Below are positions 36,439 through 45,191 of a stretch of 45,191 nucleotides of DNA, in pieces. The position numbers were made by a program, and so were the translations under genes. The notes beneath the pieces were generated by a model. That model had not been told where the DNA came from, made no database searches, and worked only from the letters and a program-made list of their open reading frames with translations. Where the stretch lies: assembly GCF_001194135.2 (NCBI RefSeq), contig NC_069003.1:3372449-3417639 (forward strand). Direction: 5' to 3'. Within the stretch, counting starts at the first letter, position 1. Every line of letters starts with the position of its first letter. This DNA comes from Octopus bimaculoides (taxonomy: Eukaryota).

Positions 36439-37031
36439 AGACATGCTTATAACAATGTTTTGGAATACTGGTACAAGGCCAGCAATTTCGTGATGGGGTA
36501 AGTCGATTACATCGTTCCTGTGCACAACTGGTATTTTATTTTATCGACCTCGGGTTTTGCCCGGCGCAGTAACAATTATGCCAGCTCACTGCTTTAGACA
36601 TGCTTATAATAATAATTTCAAATTTTGGCATGAGGTCAGCAATTTCAGGATGGGGATAGGACGATTATGTTGACGCCAATACTCAACTCCTCCTTATTTT
36701 ATTGACCTCGGAAAGGTAAGAGGTAAAGTCCATCTCGGTGGAATTCGAACTGAGAACGTAAAGACGGATGAAATATCGCGAAGTATTTCGCTGGACATGC
36801 TACCGGTTCTGCCAGGTCGCTGCTTTAGACATGCTTACAATAACCCTTTCTACAATAGATACAAGGTCTGGAATTTTCGATAAGGGGGACTAGTCAATTA
36901 AATCGACCCCGGTGTTTCACTGGTACTTAATTTATCAACCCCGAAAAGATGAAAGGCAAAGTTGACCTGTAGCGAAGGGGCGAAATACTGCAATTTGATA
37001 TTCTTGGGGGTAATGAGGACTCGTTAGACAT
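36439..37031 (-). mobile_element. Stack of three SINE family 1 copies separated by a repeated 14-mer
   Basis: Copies at ~36455-36592, ~36612-36823 and ~36843-37000. AGACATGCTTA(T/C)AA occurs at 36439, 36596 and 36827. Confidence 0.85.
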
Positions 37032-38747
37032 CAGTAAAATTAAATAAAATACGTGTTCGTTGTTACGACAGAAGTACTTGTTGTTGCAACACTGCATCTG
37101 TTCTATGTAATGGACATCTAAGTAGATCCATATAAACAGATTCGACATACATTTCGAATTCAAAGGAATTTATGATTTTCTTCCTTTCTAATCAAATGGA
37201 TGGTAACGCCGGCGTAGATAAATTTATTTTGCGGTAAATCCTTATAAAACGTTCTCCGGTCTACGAGTAAACAATAACACCGACAACAAAACGACAACAA
37301 CAGCAACAGCGACAACAGTAACAACAACATCCACTACTACTACTACTACTACTACTACTGCTACTACTACTACTACTACTACTTACAATAACTGTGCATG
37401 TATCAATGAAAGAGATTTTATATACTCGTATATAGTTATTAATGCATGTGTAAATCCCCGTGTTTGTCCCCCAACGGTTATACAGCTAGTGTTGATCCGT
37501 TACGTTCCCCTAATTTATGGGGTAATTGAAGCTACTAAAAATAGTGGCTAATTTTAATTCGCACTCAAATCTCAAAGTGCCAACTTGAAAATATAACCGA
37601 CATTCTTGGGAAATTGATACCTTCTGCCTAAGACACAAGTATTGTGAGTAGAATCAGCTGTCTGTCCTCCCGGTTGTATGTCTCTCTGCTCGGCTAGTAT
37701 TTATCTGAGTTTGGGTCGGTCTTTTGTTCGCAGCTACAGTGATGGCAGTTGACATTTCAACAACCAGAAACACTGTCAGACATTGCGAGTACATGTGTGT
37801 GGTCGCTGGACATGTTAACAATAACAGCTAAATCTCCTTCAATCATAAAATGGCCTCTTAAACAAAGAAAAAAGGAAATACATACTGGACAATATGGAAA
37901 CTGATATACAATCAATGGGATGGTCACATTTGGGATGCATCTGTTTGTAGCAGGGGCGTAGGTAGAGTGCGTGTCGTTCGGGTAGTCCTTGATTTGGCGG
38001 CTCCAGTTCCTGCCTTATACAAAACTTAAAAAGCAGACTCAAAATCGTAGTCAAGGGCTGTCCGTCTCCTGGCCACCTCCTCTAGCGTCTTTATTGGAAA
38101 ATAGATTTGCTTGATCGAACGGGGTTGAAATATGACTAAATTGGAACAGCAACAACGACAATGGAAACAAACACAGCAGCAGCAGTAGCAGCAGCAGCAG
38201 CAAAAACAAGAACAAGATCAACATTAACAATCCAGCTCCTCTGATTTGTATTAAACCATATATTTATGTAACGTATCCTATAGTGCTTGAATCGGATATA
38301 TCGATTAGAGAGAATCGTTATCGAAGATGGAAGATATGAACTGGGACACGAATAGTTTGTTGAATATTAAATGGATTGTGTTACACAGCGGAACGTTTAC
38401 ATGCTGTTACGAAATCGGAAGATAAAGATTAGATCCAAATATAATGGTTCACAGTGAGATAATCGATGAAGTCTTAGTGCTGATCGAAACGCTACACTTG
38501 CCGTCATATGTATTTCGTTCACCACATCTATGCCAGGCCACAACAAACGCACGCCATCACTAACTTTGTTTTCACAGTATGTCTGGGCCCTGAAATTCCA
38601 ATATTGACGTCTACTTAGAAATGTTTATCAAGACATTTCTCAGCAGAAATATTAGCAATATTTAAGGAACTTCGAAGGCGATAAATTCGTGCGTTTTTTT
38701 TTCTTCTTTTCTTATTCGTACAGCGTCAGTACATACTGAAAAGAAAT

Positions 38748-38975
38748 AGGGTGGTGGTGAGCTGGCAGAATCGTTAGTAAACCGGGTAGAATGATCAGTG
38801 GCATTTTGCCATTTCTTTACGTTTTGAGTTCAAATTCCGCTGAGGTCTACTTTGTCTTTCATCTTTTCGACGTCGATAAATTAAGTACCAGTGAATTACT
38901 AGGGTCGATGTAATCGACTGGCCCCCTACCCACAAAAAATTTCAGGCCCTGTACCTTTAGTAGAAATGATTATAT
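38748..38975 (+). mobile_element. Full-length SINE family 1
   Basis: GGTGGTGAGCTGGCAGAATCGTTAG (A-box-like), GAGTTCAAATTCC (B-box), and a body running to TAGTAGAAATGATT. Confidence 0.9.
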
Positions 38976-39397
38976 ATTTTAAAAGANNNNNNNNNNNNNN
39001 NNNNNNNNNNNNNNNNNNNNNNNNNNNNNNNNNNNNNNNNNNNNNNNNNNNNNNNNNNNNNNNNNNNNNNNNNNNNNNNNNNNNNNNNNNNNNNNNNNNN
39101 NNNNNNNNNNNNNNNNNNNNNNNNNNNNNNNNNNNNNNNNNNNNNNNNNNNNNNNNNNNNNNNNNNNNNNNNNNNNNNNNNNNNNNNNNNNNNNNNNNNN
39201 NNNNNNNNNNNNNNNNNNNNNNNNNNNNNNNNNNNNNNNNNNNNNNNNNNNNNNNNNNNNNNNNNNNNNNNNNNNNNNNNNNNNNNNNNNNNNNNNNNNN
39301 NNNNNNNNNNNNNNNNNNNNNNNNNNNNNNNNNNNNNNNNNNNNNNNNNNNNNNNNNNNNNNNNNNNNNNNNNNNNNNNNNNNNNNNNNNNNNNNNN

Positions 39398-39442
<45 letters not shown>

Positions 39443-40633
39443 ATAAATAATAGGAGAGCTTCGAGAATGTTTGTGGACGGAGAAGTGAATTTTATGTTGC
39501 TCAAAGAGGTACGTAAGTAGCATGTAATTTATTTAACGTGTAATTTCTATAGATCCCACAAGTTACAAAGAAATTTTTTTTCTGGTAAGATATTCAACCT
39601 AATTTAACATTAGAAACTCTAAACGTGTCTTTGAAACAATAAACAGAATGAGAGCCACCGATTCCTAAGGCTATCGTTCGAAGAATTAGTTCGGCTGACA
39701 TAAAAACACACAATGGAATGCTTGTTATGGATTTGACTTTTCTATCTATAAACAAATAATTGAGTGCGTTATCCATTCGGTCATCTCACCTCTATTATAT
39801 TATTCTGATATGCATTATTGATTATTCCCATAACATGTCATATCGCACTGTGTGATACGGTGCATTGTTATTCAATATGACTTTATTGTTGCTAAAAGCC
39901 AAAAGGCAGAAAGGGAAAATACGGTCGTTCGACCTGTTAGAAATAGCAGACACATCTCAACCAATCAGATTTGACAGTTTCCATATAAATACACAAATGA
40001 ATGAAAGAATATCTTAGCATTTCAATATTCGAAATAATGTGCTTCTGGGTATATTAACCATAAAAAAAATGGAACCCTTACCATCACCCCCCGCCCAAAA
40101 AAAAACACTAAATAAGCAAAGAGGAGAGGAAACTCTTTGATCATCGTTTAAACAATTGGATCAAAGATCGGTTCATTCAGACTCGGTATGAATAAGCTTA
40201 TCTTTGATCTACTAAGAACAACAACAACAATAATGAGAACAACGATAGAATTTGAAGACAAAACAACAGTAACAAAACGTTTTATCATGTTATAGTGTGC
40301 TGATCATATAGCAGAGAATGATGCTGATGAGAACTGTAGTAAAAAGTTTGTGTTATAACGAGAGGCATCAAATATTCATACATCGAAACAAACACTTATG
40401 CATGAGTCACATTGATGACAATTTCTATTAGGAAGGAATTGGACAGTCCCGTGTTCTAGCTTTGCTTCTCTCGTGGGGCAGTTATCTACCCTGATAGTAT
40501 ATATAAATGTGCTTTTACCTAGCTATCATTGGTCCAAATCTTACTCTTAGCAATATATGTGCTTGCAGCACATAGAGTCACAATAAGTTACGTCTACATT
40601 TTGCCCATACAGTTTATATCGCGCCCAGCTGCC

Positions 40634-40725
<92 letters not shown>

Positions 40726-40740
40726 TACTTCAATATTCTT

Positions 40741-41060
40741 TCAAATACCGATAACTGGCCAGTTTTCATCTTGCAGCATGGTGAGTCTTCTTTCAGCATT
40801 CATGGTATTCCAAAGGATGAAATGACCCACAATATTGTCCGAAGTCATTCTACACCATATCGTTACCTTGGGTCGATTCTGCATTTTTTCAGAGATATTA
40901 CGAGGATCTTCTCCTGTCCAGTAGTGACAATTTTCATGGTTCACAAACCCACCGATGTGGAATACCGCTTCATCACTCCAGAGCATATTTGTAAAGAGAT
41001 CATACCATGTTTGTAGGGCTTCTGCATTTCAAAAGAAATAATCGATCTGAACGAAGAACA
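40741..41060 (-). pseudogene. Decayed Tc1/mariner-superfamily transposase fragment (first catalytic Asp region)
   Basis: ORF 40741-40986 reads WSDEAVFHIGGFVNHENCHYW..EDP...KVTIWC....IVGHF...TMNAERRLTML, typical of the (F/W)SDEA.FH..G.VN..NC..W...NP motif of IS630/Tc1/mariner transposases. There is an in-frame stop upstream, and the fragment is truncated by a (TA/CA)n tract. Confidence 0.85.
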
Positions 41061-43410
41061 ATAACATAGAATCAATTTGCATACATTAAAGAACATACAC
41101 AACAAATTTGAGAAAAAAATTATCGTTAATAAATAATTGACAGGCATCTCCAACTAGCAGGCCATTGCTACTCCAGCAAAGACTCAGAAACATGTCTTTG
41201 GATGTAGGCTTAGCTAAGTGGAGGTGCTTGTCTACCCCTTGTAAACATAAGGAAACAGGAAATGTATCAAGACCGACAGTAATTGGTGCTGCTTCCGAGG
41301 GCTAAATAGCAGTAATATTATTCCCTTCGTCGGACTGTCACATTAAGTTGACAGCAGAATAAATTAGAGAAAACGAAAAACTATTGTATAAGCCCGGCCA
41401 TACTATTAAACGTTTACATTCAGCTGAAATGGTGAGGCATATAAATCAATGGGACTTTGGACGCCGGTCTCCTTGGTGCATGACAAAAAGCGAAAGATAA
41501 AAAAAGTAGAATTACAAAACCTTTTATGAACGGGCATTTTAAATGTTTTACATCTTTTTTTCCTCTCAGGAGTGGGTTAATTTGGTATACTACTAAACAT
41601 CTTTTCCACCGTTTTACGCGGTTTGAAATATGCCAGACATTATGATTCATAGCGATATCAAGGCATCATTTCTTTATGATGTCACACTGATAACACTGGT
41701 TTTGCCTAGGAGGCAAAATTACGAACGCAGTTACCCCTCTTTTAGAAGTTTGGCATGGAATATATTCGAGAGAACTCTGTGCTTTCTTTCAGAAATATTT
41801 TGAATAAACGATATAGATATTTGAGAAGCTACTTTCTTGTATTCTTTTCGAATTCAAGAAAAAAATTACAGGAAAACATGAATCATGTTTGTATGTTTGT
41901 GTGTGTAAAATGTTGAATAAATCGCCCGTTAAATTTATTTTTAGTTACCGAAATATAATATCTGGAATCTTGAATTATCAGCTGTATATATATTTTTTTT
42001 TCTCAATAAATCATCGATTCCGAAAGTCATGAATTATTATATGGGCTATTTACAGAGTAAAGATAGTTACAAGAACGTTATATGAGGCTGGTTGTTTGAG
42101 ATTTTTACTTAGATATTGGCGGTTGTTTCAGTGTTTTTTTTTATTGTTATTTCTATTTATATTTAACATATTCGTGGCGAAATTATACGTATAGCAGAAT
42201 TTTCGGAAAAAGTGTTTACCAAATTTATAAAAGACATGTTTAGCGATACCCATACACACACTGAGATGAAGCTGGGCATAAAACCAGATAATTTTACAAT
42301 TTTTATGCTTACGTGCCTATGAATAAATATTATTTACATAAATTTTTATCTTGAAAATCACTTCATTTTCTTAAGGGGGTTACTTTACTGGAAGAAGATT
42401 TATGGAGGAAATAATGGCAAACGTATATTAATATTTTTCGCGAAGATATTAATTATAGAAGAGGAATTTAGGAATGCATTTACATATTGTAAGTTTATAT
42501 TTCATTTCTTGAAAAGTTGAGTATTTATTTATATTGCTGACTAAGCTTGTAGCGCTGTGGTTGTCAACCATTTTGTTATCCCGGTGACATAAAAGAAAAA
42601 CTGCAATTTTTTAGAGAGTTGTTACCCACCAAAAAAAGTAAAACGAAAGTCAATTAAAGTAAGGACCCCAAATTAACAACAGGCTGGAGATTGGTAATCA
42701 ATATATTATTTAGCTACATCTGGACGCATGTAGGTTCATTCTTAATAACATGCTCATGTATTGTTTACAACAAAAAAAAAGAGAAGCTGCACGTATAACA
42801 CATAACTTAGAAGCAGCGCTACAGATGTACCAGCACACACGAGATTGAAACATAGCCGACCTCACGTGCTTCTCATGAGGAATTCCGGAAGGAGCTTCGT
42901 AAGACCACTACTGCGACACTTCCGGAAAAAAGAAAAAGAAAAGCCGTTGGTAAACAGTTTATAGCAGAGACTCCATCTAAGAATAATTGAAGACTGAATT
43001 GTATTCCGAAATATCATCGGACTATAGATAACTAAATTACAACAGGTATATAGTCCATTTTTTGTATTATAGTGCATTGTTGTACCATTCAAAACTTATT
43101 ATTCTTTACGAAAAGTTTAGTATATTTATTGAGGAAATACCGTCGAGCACCGCTTCAAGGATACTTGAGGGCCGCATACGTCCTTGGGAGCTGCGGCTGA
43201 GAATAGCAGTTGTAGCTACAAAATTAACGATGGTGTAATCCTGTTGGTGTAAGTTTAAGAATACTGAAATGTTTAACCAACAGATCTTGCTCTTGTATAG
43301 ACAGTTGTAGGCCTGCTAGAGAATTTGTTAGTGGAGTGTGATTTAGCCGCTATTTCTAGCTGGTCGTTTAACAAAAGTAATAGTAACAAAAATGCCTGTA
43401 GTAGTAGTAT

Positions 43411-43441
<31 letters not shown>

Positions 43442-43718
43442 CGTGGTCGTGGTGGCGTTAATTCTTTTTTTTTGTGTGGCAGATAAAGATCTAGATTAGA
43501 ACGCAATCTGCAGCTGATGCCTTCGCAATCTTATTACGAATAATAAGATTGCAAAGCATGAGGAACTCATCATTAATTCACAGATACCGTATCCACGATT
43601 GGAATTATCCGTGTCTTTCAAGGCAAGGACTGTTGCTAATGGTTTCAGGATGACCGAGTCCCTGTGGAGAACCTTCTTGTATTCCTCATAGTTTTTAGTT
43701 ATAATGGAATACATATTA

Positions 43719-43758
<40 letters not shown>

Positions 43759-44499
43759 NNNNNNNNNNNNNNNNNNNNNNNNNNNNNNNNNNNNNNNNNN
43801 NNNNNNNNNNNNNNNNNNNNNNNNNNNNNNNNNNNNNNNNNNNNNNNNNNNNNNNNNNNNNNNNNNNNNNNNNNNNNNNNNNNNNNNNNNNNNNNNNNNN
43901 NNNNNNNNNNNNNNNNNNNNNNNNNNNNNNNNNNNNNNNNNNNNNNNNNNNNNNNNNNNNNNNNNNNNNNNNNNNNNNNNNNNNNNNNNNNNNNNNNNNN
44001 NNNNNNNNNNNNNNNNNNNNNNNNNNNNNNNNNNNNNNNNNNNNNNNNNNNNNNNNNNNNNNNNNNNNNNNNNNNNNNNNNNNNNNNNNNNNNNNNNNNN
44101 NNNNNNNNNNNNNNNNNNNNNNNNNNNNNNNNNNNNNNNNNNNNNNNNNNNNNNNNNNNNNNNNNNNNNNNNNNNNNNNNNNNNNNNNNNNNNNNNNNNN
44201 NNNNNNNNNNNNNNNNNNNNNNNNNNNNNNNNNNNNNNNNNNNNNNNNNNNNNNNNNNNNNNNNNNNNNNNNNNNNNNNNNNNNNNNNNNNNNNNNNNNN
44301 NNNNNNNNNNNNNNNNNNNNNNNNNNNNNNNNNNNNNNNNNNNNNNNNNNNNNNNNNNNNNNNNNNNNNNNNNNNNNNNNNNNNNNNNNNNNNNNNNNNN
44401 NNNNNNNNNNNNNNNNNNNNNNNNNNNNNNNNNNNNNNNNNNNNNNNNNNNNNNNNNNNNNNNNNNNNNNNNNNNNNNNNNNNNNNNNNNNNNNNNNNN

Positions 44500-44530
<31 letters not shown>

Positions 44531-45191
44531 ATATTCACCCATATACGCAGATACATATCTTCCAATAAAATAGTACAAACAAATTTACAGACGGCGTTAT
44601 GACGCAAAGATAACAGCTGTTCAGGATATGAAGACTAATATCTGATCCGTTATAAAATTCTGTGAAACACAATGCCAGAGACCCTTTAGATAATAAGCGT
44701 TAATATGATATAATTCAATTGCAATAGTCGTCTTTCTAAAGAAAACTACACGTTGTGATCATTAAAGTTAGGAAAAGTTGTTGAAGAGATATCTATAAAA
44801 CCTCGATTAGTTTACTCACTAAATTGAAAAGAACGAAATATAGGTAAGCCCAAAAGTAGGTTTACAGTTACTCAACTATCTCTTTCACATTTATATATTA
44901 AGAGTTTAGGTCTTAATTATAAACAACAAATATGAGTCTATCATTCTATGCTAATTTAGTAAATTTTCTCAAGCTCCCTTTTCAGTTTGTTAGATAGAAA
45001 TTTAAACGTAATAAAATGTTTTAAAAGAAATTTAAAGCGATAACTGTAAACCTACATTTAGGTCACCCTGTATATTTATAATCGTATTTGTTTTGTAATC
45101 ATTTGCGTTGATTCACTAGCGTAGCCAAAGTGTGTGCCGCCCGGGGCCCTTCCGTTTGCCGCCTCCAGACATATATATATATATATATATA

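Noticed and set aside
38453-38498. Second hammerhead-like string (TCGATGAAGTC...GATCGAAACGCTA)
   Set aside because: The core CU is missing and stem I cannot form.
1014-44607. All X-rich ORFs of 150-414 aa
   Set aside because: They are open only because N-runs contain no stops; 10 of the 11 gaps border microsatellites, which is an assembly effect.
1-45191. CRISPR arrays, operons, prokaryotic defence systems, telomeric arrays
   Set aside because: There is no regularly spaced repeat-spacer structure (the 36.4-kb ladder has SINE bodies as spacers), no gene-dense region and no tandem TTAGGG.

Overview
Eukaryotic, AT-rich, repeat-saturated scaffold segment with 11 N-gaps totalling about 3.95 kb. 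The SINE families, microsatellite load and gap pattern look like an octopus (coleoid cephalopod) draft assembly; this is inferred from recognition, not from a search. There is no complete gene, no rRNA, no true tRNA gene and no CRISPR array. Nearly all long ORFs in the supplied track are artefacts of microsatellites or N-runs. The best-supported content is: more than 20 tRNA-headed SINE copies; several 3' fragments of R4/Dong-type (restriction-like endonuclease) LINEs tied to (TAA)n; a decayed Tc1/mariner transposase; and foldback/MITE-like palindromes (13210-13320, 35608-36013, 5958-6132). More tentative are a degenerate minimal hammerhead-ribozyme motif (30043-30080, minus), an LRR N-cap-like exon or pseudogene (6553-6665, minus), and a speculative small minus-strand gene model (about 29.5 kb to 25.1 kb). 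I could not support a new multi-gene system; the most interesting signals are structural and retroelement-related.
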